This document shows, in pieces, positions 12,951 to 25,041 of a DNA stretch of 64,000 nucleotides. The position numbers and the translations under genes were made by a program. This stretch comes from Eledone cirrhosa (taxonomy: Eukaryota), in contig OZ024740.1 in the NCBI GenBank assembly GCA_964016885.1, positions 391,406,001-391,470,000 of the forward strand, given 5' to 3'. Each line of letters begins with the position of its first letter. The first letter of the stretch is position 1. Under the pieces are notes generated by a model. It did not search any database, was not told the DNA's origin, and was given only the letters and a program-made list of their open reading frames with translations.

Positions 12951-13650
12951 CACTCGCCTGCTTCAACGCATTCAGAACATAAGCTGGCGACATTCATATA
13001 AGAATACGAGGAAATATCCATTGTCTCTACAGAGTTGATATACTCTTTGGCATTTTCTTTTTCATTCAGTAGAATATTCAAAAATCAACCTCCTCACTTA
13101 TAAGGCTTGGTGAGGTTGTGGTTTGTAAATCAACAACATGATCATATAACAGATTGTATTGGGCTACCAGCAGCACTTCGGGAGCACGGGGATCTGTGTG
13201 GCAATTTAGGCAACTTGTTTTGTATTATAGCCTCGGGTTGTTTTATATAACCAGCTTCGTGTACTTGTAAAACTCCACCTATGTTAATGTTACGTAATAA
13301 TTGGCATGTGTCTCTGAAATGCGCATAATGTTTGGTTAGTCAATGCATATTTAAGATACACACTCACACACATATATATATATATAAATGGAAAAAATGA
13401 AACGAAATTTCAGTTCTCACTCTTAGTACGGCTGTTACTTAAATATAAGTATGTATACGTACATACATATATGTATACAGACGTACAGTAGTATGTATAT
13501 ATATACATACATGCACACATATATATATGTACATATGGATTTACCGAACATTTATTATAATGCTCGGTTTGTTTGTAAACAAACATCCCGAATTAAGCCG
13601 TACAGTGTTTAGCAACCATCGTTGCCCTTTTGTTCAACACTGACAAAGGA

Positions 13651-13693
13651 ACGATGTACTAGTTTCAAGCTTATTAGCTATCGTCAGCACCGT
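13651..13693 (-). ncRNA. Minimal type I hammerhead ribozyme
   Basis: Reverse complement acggtg-CTGACGA-tagctaataagctt-GAAA-ctag-TA-catcgt. Confidence 0.8.
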
Positions 13694-13941
13694 ATACCTT
13701 CCTGCCAGATGATTGAACGTCTGAAAGTATATACTTTCCTTATGCATATTAACGGCTGAGCAGCCTAATTTGCATATCGAGTGAGTTAATCGGCCGGGCA
13801 CACCGAAAACGATAAATGGAAAAAATTAAATGAAATTTCATTTCTCACTCTTAGTACGGCTGTTACTTAAATATAAGTATGTATACGTACATACATATAT
13901 GTATATACTTTCAGACATTCAATCATCTGGCAGGAAGGTAT

Positions 13942-13984
13942 ACGGTGCTGACGATGGCTAATAAGCTTGAAACTAGTACATCGT
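13942..13984 (+). ncRNA. Minimal type I hammerhead ribozyme
   Basis: acggtg-CTGACGA-tggctaataagctt-GAAA-ctag-TA-catcgt. Confidence 0.8.
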
Positions 13985-14189
13985 TCCTTTGTCAGTGTTG
14001 AACAAAAGGGCAACGATGGTTGCTAAACACTGTACGGCTTAATTCGGGATGTTTGTTTACAAACAAACCGAGCATTATAATAAATATTCGGTAAATCCAT
14101 ACGTACATATATATATGTGTGCATGTATGTATATATATATATACATACTACTGTACGTCTGTATACATATATGTATGTACGTATACATA

Positions 14190-14256
<67 letters not shown>

Positions 14257-15043
14257 CCTATCCCTCTATTTCTTACCCCCTCTCTCCCCCATTCTCTCAC
14301 TCCCTCTACCTCACCTCTTCCCCCTCACTATCCCTCACTCTCTCTCTGAAAAAGATTTAGTTTTTGAAATGTTCTGCTTCATCTAACCCTTTAATTACGA
14401 AGCAATGATAGACTAGCTTTTCTTCGACATTTTCTGCATAAAAATCATCTATTGAAATATCGTTGATCTAAGATTAAGTGAATGATGCATTGAAAAATAT
14501 AGGTAAAGGAAAATAATATATTTTGTATCACCTTTACAGACCGATTACGTTTATTATGGAAAAAAAAAAAAAAATCAACACCAAAAACAAAAAGAAACGT
14601 TGTGACATAAATTTAACAGAAATATAATTGACAGAATTGACAAGAACTTATGAAGACTGAGGAATAGTGTTTAGATTAGAGAAAAAAAAATTAAGTATCA
14701 AGCTTTTTGTGAACACAAAACAATATTAGTTTGTTTTGAGTGCAAAACAAGATAATGTAAAGCTATGCGAAAATGATTTAGTGAAGGGGAAAAATTACCA
14801 TATTGAAAATTTCTCTTCAGTTTTGGGACCATGAATGCATATCATCTCATGTCGTACAAGTCTTCTGTGTAGGAATAAACATGCGATGCTTTTGTCAGCT
14901 TTTAGTTGATGTAGTGTAAATTTTGTCAATAGTTTCCCCAAATATTGCCTCTTTGAATTTGCATATTCAAGATTGTCACTTTAACAATGTTCTTTTCTGT
15001 TGAGACCGCTATATTTTTATATGTTGACACGTTTTAAGATAAT

Positions 15044-15168
15044 TGTTTCTACTTTTCGCACAAGGCCTGCAATTACCCAGTACATTACTGGTACTTTATT
15101 TTATCGACCCCGTAAGGATGAAAGGCAAAGTTAACCTCGACGGGATTTGAACTCAGACCGAGGTTAAC
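15044..15168 (-). mobile_element. 5'-truncated tRNA-derived SINE (family S1, OK-like)
   Basis: Matches other S1 copies; TSD ttttaagataat at 15032-15043 and 15169-15180. Confidence 0.8.
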
Positions 15169-15759
15169 TTTTAAGATAATACTAATCCGTCAGATATATT
15201 CACTTCAGATTAGTTTCTTTATTCTCGAATGCTGAATATTTTCACTGATCCACAGATATTTACACATTCCATGGCTTTAATGATTCGCTGAATTCAATAT
15301 CAGTATTTACAGACTCAATCAATCTAATCTGCTTGAAAGTGTCCTTGGAGCATTTGGCAAGTGCAGGTTTTATATTGATATCAAAGCTATAAAGTTTTCC
15401 AGTTCGGAAAAATTAGTCATTTCAAATCCCACCGAGCTCTAAGTTGCCTTTCAACTTTCATGGTTCCATAAAATAAACTACTATTGTTGTTCTTGTATTT
15501 CAGTTGCCATAATTTTATTGTGTATTTTCAGTGTATTGGTTTGCACTGATAGCCTTTTATGTCTATGTGCTACATATAATGTCCAGGTGCTTTTCAGCCG
15601 TTTATTTTTACCAGCGTCTTGACTACCTATTTTACTGTTATTGTCTCCTAAGAATATTCAAATGATGCGTACTTTGCTTTGAACAACGTCCTCCTAATTT
15701 GGAGGTCTACAATTACTCTTTTCCGTTAGTATCTCTTCTCGTATTGATATTATGGGCAT

Positions 15760-16270
15760 ATATTCAATATAAGCAGCACACTTCCCCAGGCTCTCTACCT
15801 TTATCCTCACACAGTCCCCTTTCAACCACGTCCTCCGTCTTTTCTATTGAAATATAACCTGTCGACATCTGCATGTGGGTGTAAGGCTTTGCCTATCGTA
15901 ATCACCTTTGTTTTTCTATCTAACAACTTCCTTCCTCTGATGATGGATACTGCTCTTGAGTTCATGGTGTTGATAGAATTTATACCCATTGAGTTTGGAA
16001 TTTAATATCTTCTTTACCTTTCGCAGATACACTCTCCTGATTTTGTTTTCCATTAATATATCTTTTATAACATCAGTTTCAACTTACAGTTCTTAATCAC
16101 TCATGCCATATAACTTCAGGTCATTCATGTACAACAAATGTTCACACCCTTCCGGTCTTTTTTATATCATATCTGTCTTTTCCTTTCTTCAATTCTAGTG
16201 AAAGTGGGATGAGGGCAGCGTCGAACAATGATGGGGGGAGCGATCCCCTTGGAACACCCCCAATTTATTT
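15760..16270 (-). pseudogene. Decayed R4/Dong-clade non-LTR retrotransposon RT fragment
   Basis: Minus-strand motifs GVFQGD..., HLLYMNDLKLYG and ALHPHADVDRLYFNRKDGGRG in the correct order. Confidence 0.7.
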
Positions 16271-17954
16271 TAACTCCTCAACGTGAGTGTAACCCTGCTT
16301 TTTGTTCTCCATCCCTTCATGCTTAACTTTTATCAGTTCAGCAATGCTTTCTTCATATTTCACTTCGAGTATTTGTTACTTTAAATTTTTATCCAACCTT
16401 TATTTGTTAGCTTTTATTATTGCCTCCTTTACCTAAAATTTTACGGATTTTCAAGTAAAACTCTGTTAGAATTATATGTAAGAAAGAAACATAACACATT
16501 TTTCTCTTGCTAATGTCTACACTCAACATGTACGTTATCTTTTATATTACAAATTAACTTAATTTTAAAACTCCCAACAGTTGTTAAATTGTCAAATACT
16601 AGAGACAAGGTTTTGAATGAATTTGACAGATGGCAATTAAATAAAACAACTATCTATAGTGTAACATGACAATGCGGGGGTTCCTACTTCATTGATAAAA
16701 ATACTTCTAGTGTTCAGATATATATTAACACACACAAATCTCATTGCTTATCATTTTAATGTTGACAGATTTCAACAATATCCCTCTCTCCAAAAGCCAG
16801 TTATTTGTCTTACTTTCAGACACGCGGTTGTCTGTGTTTCTATGTCAACGAGACTTCGTGACTACTTCGGAAAACTAAAACCAACTGTAATACTTCTATT
16901 TTACTTTTGCTTATACATTTCTTTCACAAGCATGTGATTTATCTATGATGGGAAATTTCTAGTTTCCGTCACTATTTGACAATTACAGTTCTGTTCCTCT
17001 TTTTAAGTCAGTAAAAAAAACCAATCCGGACATCTTTGATTTCAATATAAACCCAAGTCAGTTGATCTTGAGTATTGCACACACATATGTACACACACAT
17101 TCAACAAAAAATTTATGGATATTACAGATCCTTTTTTACTACACATTCCAATACTTGATGTATAACTTTGGTATTCGATGGGATATGCACATATTTTGTC
17201 AGAGAATCTACTAGTAACTCCGCGTGTTTGCTTCTTTTATGACTTCTTTTGATAGTCTTCTTTTGATAGTCTAGCGTTGTCTTGCATAGTCTTCAGATAG
17301 TGTTTGATCTGCCTCCTTAATCCTTCAGCCATGCATTTACTTTCGCGCGGTGAATTGTATAGAATACTACGGAGAAAAATTAGTTAGACACCCGAGTTGA
17401 TGTCTGTATATTATGAATTTAAGGTATCTGGTTTTAGCTCGATAGAGGATTTCTGTATGACTGAAAGCATTATATGTTAAACAGGTCTACAGTATGTGTC
17501 AGCTGTGTGTTTCATATACTCCACACATACAGAGACTGTCTGTCAGCCGGAAACCTTCGAGGAAACGCCTTCTCCATTCTGTCCGCTGGGGCTGTGGGGA
17601 GGCCAGCACGTGGAACCCCATTTGCTCACCATACGGAGAGATGGAGAGGGCGAGAGCGATGGAGTTCTTTCTTCCACGTTCGGACCATATCTTGTGGTTG
17701 TGTTCATTAAGCAGTTAATGAGTTTGTTTATGTATAGACTCAATAGTGTACATTGTGTATATATCAAATGAAATTCCTGTTTATATATTAAACACGTTCA
17801 ACATTTATCCCACAGCGACCCCACCTCATCACCCCCATCGCCATACCAGAGAATGATGTGGTTCTTATAAACTTTCCTGGGGATACAGAAGACTGTATGA
17901 ATCGACTTAAAATCACTTAGCATAAATGATTGCGCAATAGACTAAGTTTTGCCG

Positions 17955-18038
17955 ATGAACTGAGACATTGGGAGGAGAAATGGCGCTGCAGTGCCATGAA
18001 CTGAGACATTGGGAGGAGAAATGGCGCTGCAGTGCCAT
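17955..18038. repeat. Perfect 41-bp tandem duplication
   Basis: atgaactgagacattgggaggagaaatggcgctgcagtgcc twice. Confidence 0.9.
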
Positions 18039-18088
18039 TGTTATAATACCTTCAATTTACGGTGCATACATAGACACACACATACATT

Positions 18089-18211
<123 letters not shown>

Positions 18212-19492
18212 GTATATATGCATGCTCATTCACACGCAGACAGACAAACACACAGACATATATATAAATACATATTTGGGATCTAATATGTTTTCTGGAA
18301 TTACAAGATGCCTACTGATCATTGCTGGTTCTTGGCTTCACTATTTATCGATGTTAATCAACGAGGAATGTTGATAATTTTTTGTGGCATGAAATGGTAC
18401 CATATAGGCCTTATAAAAACTCATTGGCTATGTAAGTATAACATTTATACTGTCTCTCTTTTTAACCAGATTATATTTTCTATTTTCCTCTGATATTGGC
18501 AGTGTGCAAGCTCTCTGAGGTCTTGGATTTTTAGCTTCAATTCTCTCAATAAGCGATCAAAGAGCCGCATTATCGTTATATTATATATCGATCTCTTATA
18601 TATATATATATATATATATATCGGTGAATTACATGCCATAGAAATATATTTCATTTGATTTCTCAATGTCTATTTATTTTCAAAACATGTTATATTGAGA
18701 GTTCATATTACAGATTGCAATGAAATCGATTGAAATAATTTCATGCATTTTTCAATGGAGACAATTATGTACATTCATTGAGCATATTACGCAAACCTTT
18801 TGCCAAATATTTCATAACTGACTTGTTTAACTCCATATGAATTCTGTCCTTTTTTTAAAGAACAAATTACTGAAATGTTGCCTCCGATATACATCGATCA
18901 AAATAGATCTTTATATTTTCTTTCATTCACTGAAATAAAGTTTTTTTTCCCTGTGAAACAATGCGGCAATGTAAACACACGTAAACCTCTTTAAATTGTA
19001 AAAGCAGATTATTCAATTCGTTGCAACTTTACTCTGATTTATCACATTTCGAGTTTAATTACAATTATAGTTTTCATGGCTAAACAAAATATTTCAAAAC
19101 TATTAAGTGATTAGAACATAAACATCTGTCTTTATAATTATTTTTTTAAATTTTATATTTTAATGAAAACTCGCATTTAAAAGGACAGATTTATATTATC
19201 CTCCTTCGTTATCAATCTGCTTGAATAGTTAGTTTAATTGCTTCAGTTACGTTAGACGTCAGGATTTTATAGAATAATTAAAAAAAGAAAAACGATGATA
19301 AACATCTGTTTTCAACTTTTATTTCTGTTCATAAGAGATGAAAAAAGATAAAGATTTTAAATCCTTCAATTAACTGAAGGGTGTAATATTTAAATTTGAG
19401 AAACGTTTTTAACTCAGCGTGACATTTATGTTTCTATGCACACGATATTATTTGTTGACCAAGCAAATACGTTTTATTATTTTTCTAACATT

Positions 19493-19698
19493 GGGCGGTG
19501 GATTCTAACAGAGGGCGATGGATTGGCAGTATCGGTAGAGGGTCGGACGCCATGCTTTGCAGCACAGTTACGTCCCTTTACGGACTGAGTTCAAATCTCG
19601 CCGAGGTTAACTTTGCCTTTCATCCTTACGGGGTCGATAAAATAAAGTACCAGTAATACACTGGGATAATTACTGGCCTTGTGCCAAAAGTAGAAACA
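19493..19698 (+). mobile_element. tRNA-derived SINE S1 (short variant)
   Basis: A box-like tggcagtatcgg, B box gagttcaaatc; 17-bp TSD attatttttctaacatt at 19476-19492 and 19699-19715. Confidence 0.85.
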
Positions 19699-20343
19699 AT
19701 TATTTTTCTAACATTTTATTAAGCGTTTTTCTCTCTGGGTAATTTTATATGAGTAATTGATTTGAGTACATTTGAATATTGATTTTTTTTTTGTAACATC
19801 TAGACCTCACATTTGTTTTATATCTAAGGTGAAATATAAAGATTGGCAATACGAGAAGTGAACTGAAGGGGATTCAACTGAGAAATAGTAGAATCAGAAT
19901 AATGCTAAAGAGTAGTCTTTACCAAAGTGAGATTTTACAAAGTGAAATATCATCAGGACAGTGCAAAACTGGTTATAAGACCTAACCTGATGTGAAAATT
20001 AAGCTGAGTTTCAAACCGCTTAATACGTATTTTCGTAATCAGAGCTAAATAAATATTATTTACGTATTGGGTACGTGTATATACATGTACACATATTGTA
20101 GAAGATGTGCTTAGAGGTAACAGAACATAATAAAATATCTGGTCTTTAAACATTCCTTTTCAAAGTTCTTTTTGTGATACAAAATAAGAAAATCTTTTTC
20201 ATTTAAACATCTTTAAAAATCGCGAAGGAAAATTAATACAAATAAGTAAAATATCTTAAATTATACAGCGAACTGACGAGAATATTGATCAGACCGTCAA
20301 AATAATAGGATCAAACTTAATTCCAATCAAACATGATAATAAT

Positions 20344-20516
20344 TGTTTCTACTTTTGGCACAAGGCCAGTGCATTACTGGTACTTTATTTTATCGACCCC
20401 GTAAAGATGAAAGGCAAAATTAACCTCGGCGGGATTTGAACTCAAATCGTAAAGGGCCGTAACTCTATGCTATAAAGCATGTTGTTCGACGCTCTACCGA
20501 TACTGCCAATCCACCG
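20344..20516 (-). mobile_element. SINE S1
   Basis: Reverse-complement match to 19493-19698. Confidence 0.8.
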
Positions 20517-20795
20517 CATAATAATGGTTGATAGGTCGCGACATAAAAAAACTATAACAAGCAATTAACAGGTCTTCTAAAAGCAAGTTACTTTAGTTTT
20601 CCTACGACTTGTTACAGAGTTCGTGTAAGAGTTCATTGAACCATTCCTATTGCATCTCCTTTCTCTGACATTTAATAGTAACTGAAACTGCTTCAATCGA
20701 AGAATTTCGTTTGTTCAAATGAAGATTTTGTTCAAGATATCCTTATAGATGAACAATGTGCTAATTAATAGCCTCTTCGGTTAATGTATAACACC

Positions 20796-20884
<89 letters not shown>
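20796..20884. repeat. (ATCT)n microsatellite, target of Tx1-type fragments
   Basis: Direct observation. Confidence 0.95.
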
Positions 20885-21702
20885 GAGGAAGACGAACTGA
20901 CCAGTCTGTTCGGGAGGACTTTCCGTCCAGGGCCTATGGATAACTTCCAGAGGTCTCTGGCCTGGCAGTGCTACCGAGGAGCTCTACCAGTTCGAGACAA
21001 AATCTACAGGCACGGACGCTCTGGCAGAGATCCTGCCAAAAGGACCTGTCCAAGATGCGAGCAGGACATCGAAACCGTTCTGCACGCAATTGTTCAGTGC
21101 CCTGGGGTGACCGACCTGTGGAATTATGTCGAACAGCTACTGTCACGTGTAGGAGGCATGCAGTTGTCAGCCGAGTCCATCGTGAGGCTCACCCCGCCGC
21201 CTTCATTTAAGAATGAAGGAGAGGCGGTCTTCCTCTGTCTGGTGGCTATGGCGAAAGAGGTAATATGGTGGACGAGGTTAAAAGGACTGAGGGCAAGCAC
21301 CTTTCTCTTCGGACAACAACTCATACCCTTCTTTAAGTACCAGTTCAGAAGGAAGGTGAGAGGTATTACACCCCAGTAAATTCGCTGAACGGTGGGTGAA
21401 TGTGGCGATAATGGCCCGGGTGAATGGGCCTTCTCTGTATATAAACCTGTAGGTTGAGGAAGATAAACAGAGGGAAGACGGGAACACCTACAAAACGTGT
21501 TCCTGGTGTTGAGGGTTGTTCTATCCACGGGGTGTAAAACAACCCCGCAATAGCGTTACCCCCCCCCTCAAATGGGCATTTCAATTGTTTTATATTATAT
21601 AGTTTATTGTTATTTATCATTGTTAAAGATTTTATGTAAAACCCCCGCCGTCACGTCTTGTAATGTCCCATTTTTGTACGCCCCTGTGGCAAATAAAGAA
21701 AC

Positions 21703-21756
<54 letters not shown>

Positions 21757-21760
21757 TTAT
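20885..21760 (+). mobile_element. 5'-truncated L1/Tx1-type element, (ATCT)n-tailed subfamily 1
   Basis: ORF 20936-21379 MDNFQRSLAWQCYRGALPVRDK..CPRC..H..C is homologous to the ORF2 C-terminus; frameshifting deletion near 21361; AATAAA at 21692 then (ATCT)n. Confidence 0.9.
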
Positions 21761-22514
21761 CTACAGACACGGGCGCCCGGGTAGGGACCCCGCCAAAAAG
21801 ATCTGTCCCAGATGCGTGTGCGACGAGGAAACCGTTGCACACGCATTGGTACACTGCTCGGGCGTAGCCGATCTGTGGGGCTATGTCGAACAACTGCTGT
21901 CAAGGGTGGGACCGATCCGGTTGACCACCGAGTCTATTGTAATGATCAAGCCGCCTCCCCCCTTCAAAGATGAAGCAGAGGCGGTGTTTCTGTGCGTAAT
22001 AGCCATGACGAAAGAGGTTGTATGGTGGACGCGTCTGAAAGGACTGAGGTCAGGCACCTTTCTCTCTGGCCAACAACTGGTCCGTTTCTTCCGATATCAT
22101 TTCGGAAGAAGGATCAGGATGGAGAGAGAGGTGCTGCACCCCAGCCGTTTCTATGAAAGATGGGTGAAAGTGGCGAGAATGGCCCGTGTGAATGGGCCTT
22201 CACTCTACATCAGACTATAGGTGAGGAAGATGAAAGACCAAGGGAGCACCCCTTCTCTGTGCTCCTGAGGAGAAGGGTTGCACACTTTTTTCGGGGGTGT
22301 GTGCGACCCCCCAAGGCGCCTCCTCTCTATTGAGGATTTTGTTATAAATTTTATTTTTTGTTATATCTTATTTTATTTTTATATTTTGTTATTGCCTCCT
22401 CCTTATTGAGGACGCCTTTTTGTGTAAACTCCCCCCTTTGTACTTGTCCCACTTTTGATGCCCTAGTGGCAAATAAAAGAAACATATCTATCTATCTATC
22501 TATCTATTTATCTA
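21759..22514 (+). mobile_element. 5'-truncated L1/Tx1-type element, (ATCT)n-tailed subfamily 2
   Basis: IYRHGRPGRDPAKKICPRCVCDEETVAHALVHC...RVNGPSLYIRL*; AATAAA at 22472 then (ATCT)n. Confidence 0.9.
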
Positions 22515-22527
22515 CCCATCCCTCTCT

Positions 22528-22597
<70 letters not shown>

Positions 22598-22944
22598 TAG
22601 CGAGAATCGCATTTCGGCTATTGGAAATTAGCGAAAAACAACTTCCGAGATGTGTGGCAAGCGCTCCATAGAAACTAGTGAACTAGAGCAACAACGTACG
22701 TTAAAAGGCCAAACACACTGAGACGATGGTTAAACCATTATCCGCAGAGCCATAGAAACGACCAAGCTATTCGGGTCAAACAAATTATAAAATGTGATTG
22801 AAAATTATATCCGGACCCCTGGAAACGGTGGTAAAATCCAATATGGGGTTTCTGCAATTCCTAAATCAGGTACTGTCTGCTAAAACAAATAATGTTAAGC
22901 TTTTGGTATGATGATCGAACAGGGAAGTCAATTTTTCAACAGGC

Positions 22945-23004
<60 letters not shown>

Positions 23005-23009
<5 letters not shown>

Positions 23010-23340
23010 AATACTTTGGGAGGGTCATGCTGCCAATAAAACACACATACACCTGTTGGTTTTCACTTCAATTTATTATAAATTTCCAGTAGGTTGGTTG
23101 GTTCGATAACCGGATGGTTGTTTATATATTGTCAAAACTCTTTCGTCACACATCCTGTAGCCCCCTTAGTGACTGGGTTTTTATTTTGTGTCTGTCCTTT
23201 GTTCTGTCCTCCACCAAAATGTTGTGTGACGGAAGAGCTTTGACAATATTTAAACAACCATCCGGTTATCGAACCAACCAATCAACCGGAAATTTATAAT
23301 AAATTGAAGTGAAAACCAACAGGTGCATGTGTTTTTATTG
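23005..23340. mobile_element. (TA)n-adjacent fold-back repeat (family R3), probably PLE-derived
   Basis: Inverted arms about 23030-23146 / 23224-23340 with a ~25-nt tail on one side; related terminus (atgaccctcc..agtat.acaat) at 9600-9690 next to (TA)n. Confidence 0.55.
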
Positions 23341-24180
23341 TCTGGCGAGGAGGGTATGTGAAATCCCAGTAGTACAAAAAACAAGAGCTGTTAAAAGGGT
23401 GGATGAGCTCCTCAGAGTCAACGGCCATCTACCACCAACTATGAGTTAAATAACTTACCAACTGGCAATTGGCTATATATCTATGTATCTAATTAGTTTT
23501 ATTGTTGAGTGTATTTATATTGTCCTTAGTAACTATGTTGGTGAGGATGTTACTATTCCATTCATGCTGTCTATTTAATTTTGTTCTCGTTATACAGAAT
23601 GATCATTGTTGATTATAGATTTTCTCGATCACAGTTAACTAGGTTCTAAACATTAGTAAACTTTACAACAACGAGGTTGCCCCTACCTTGTCTCTCAAAA
23701 TATCAACTGTTTTCTCTTTAACCACCCCTTGAGTCTTAAATAAGTTAATAACATATTAAATAGTCCAGACATGTATACTTTTACTTTTAAAAAGACAGGA
23801 TGGTCATAGCTTGAATACATTTAATCACAAGTCTGCTCGACCAGTGATTACCCGGAGCTAAACAACGGTAATTCAAAATTGAGAGCACAGTGAAAGTTAT
23901 TTGGGCCTTCATGAAAAACGTTAAATGAAATCCCTCCAGACTGTAATTGAAACCTTGAGCACGGATTTTATTTTTAAACGTTTGGTTGCCAATATTCTGT
24001 GGCATTTACCACAGGTTTTATAAGCAACTATTGTCCCTTGAACTAATAGAAAAAACAAATTGTTCAAATGAAGCAATAAATAGTTCTGAGCGGGAATCTG
24101 AGAAATGATATTTTTTCAGGATCTTTTAGATGATTTGATCTATCTAGAAATCATATTTTTAATGATTTATTAATGATTTA

Positions 24181-24367
24181 AGGGCGGTGAATTGGCAGTT
24201 TCGGTAGAGGGTTGGACGCCATGCTTTCTAGAATAGTTACGTCCCTTTACGGTCTGAGTTCAAATCCCGTCGGGGTTAATTTTGCCTTTCATCCTTATGG
24301 GGTCGATAAAATAAAGTACCAGTAATGTACTGGGTAATTGCTGGCCTTGTGCCAAAAGTAGAAACAA
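24181..24367 (+). mobile_element. SINE S1
   Basis: Full short variant; TSD ttattaatgattta at 24167-24180 and 24368-24381. Confidence 0.85.
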
Positions 24368-24471
24368 TTATTAATGATTTAGAGAATATCCATTTATTTG
24401 ATTGACTACATAATATGCCTGATGGATGGTGGTGATATTGATAATGATGTTGACGGGCGTGACGAAGATAA

Positions 24472-24689
24472 TGGTTTCTAGTATTGGCACAAGGCCAGTA
24501 ATTTGGGGGGAGGTGAAAGTCGATTAAATCGACCCCAGTACGTTACTGGTACTTTATTTTATCGATCCCGTAATGATGAAAGGCAAAGTTAACCTCGGCG
24601 GGATTTGAACTCAGATCATAAAGGGCCGTAGCACTATGCTGCAAAGCATGGCGTCCGACCCTCTACCCATACTGCCAATCCACCGCCCT
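24472..24689 (-). mobile_element. SINE S1 (long variant)
   Basis: Reverse-complement match to 48948-49166; partial flanking duplication gggcgtgacga. Confidence 0.8.
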
Positions 24690-24761
24690 GGGCGTGACGA
24701 CGAAGCCGGGTGCCTTTGAAGCCTCAGGTGGCTCATGATTGGTGAAACAATTAATATCATT

Positions 24762-24970
24762 ATTTTTTTTCTACTTTTAACACAAGGCCAGCAATTTGAA
24801 GGGGCGGGGAAAGTCGATTAAATCGACTCAAGTGCATTACTGGTACTATATTTTATCGACCTCGTAAGGATAAAATAAAGCACCAATAATGCACTGGAGT
24901 CGGTTTGATCGACTTTCCCCGCCCCTTCAAATTGGTGGCCTTGTGCTTAAAATAGAAACAATTATTATTA
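24762..24970. mobile_element. Two inverted SINE S1 3' halves; the plus-strand (ATT)n tail hosts the Tx1 array
   Basis: 24762-24870 is a minus-strand S1 3' half and 24870-24970 a plus-strand S1 3' half ending tagaaacaattattatt. Confidence 0.75.
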
Positions 24971-24996
24971 ATATTAGAAGAAGAAGAAGAAGAAGA

Positions 24997-25039
<43 letters not shown>

Positions 25040-25041
<2 letters not shown>

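Larger units (their letters stand above)
13387..14193. mobile_element. Family R1: about 1.2 tandem units (period ~428 nt) on the minus strand plus an inverted partial unit
   Basis: aatggaaaaaa...gaaatttca recurs at 13387 and 13815; inverted arms about 13446-13735 / 13901-14193; (TA)n flanks. Confidence 0.75.

Noticed and set aside
17400-17815. Possible solo LTR
   Set aside because: TG...CA ends are ambiguous and no TSD was found.
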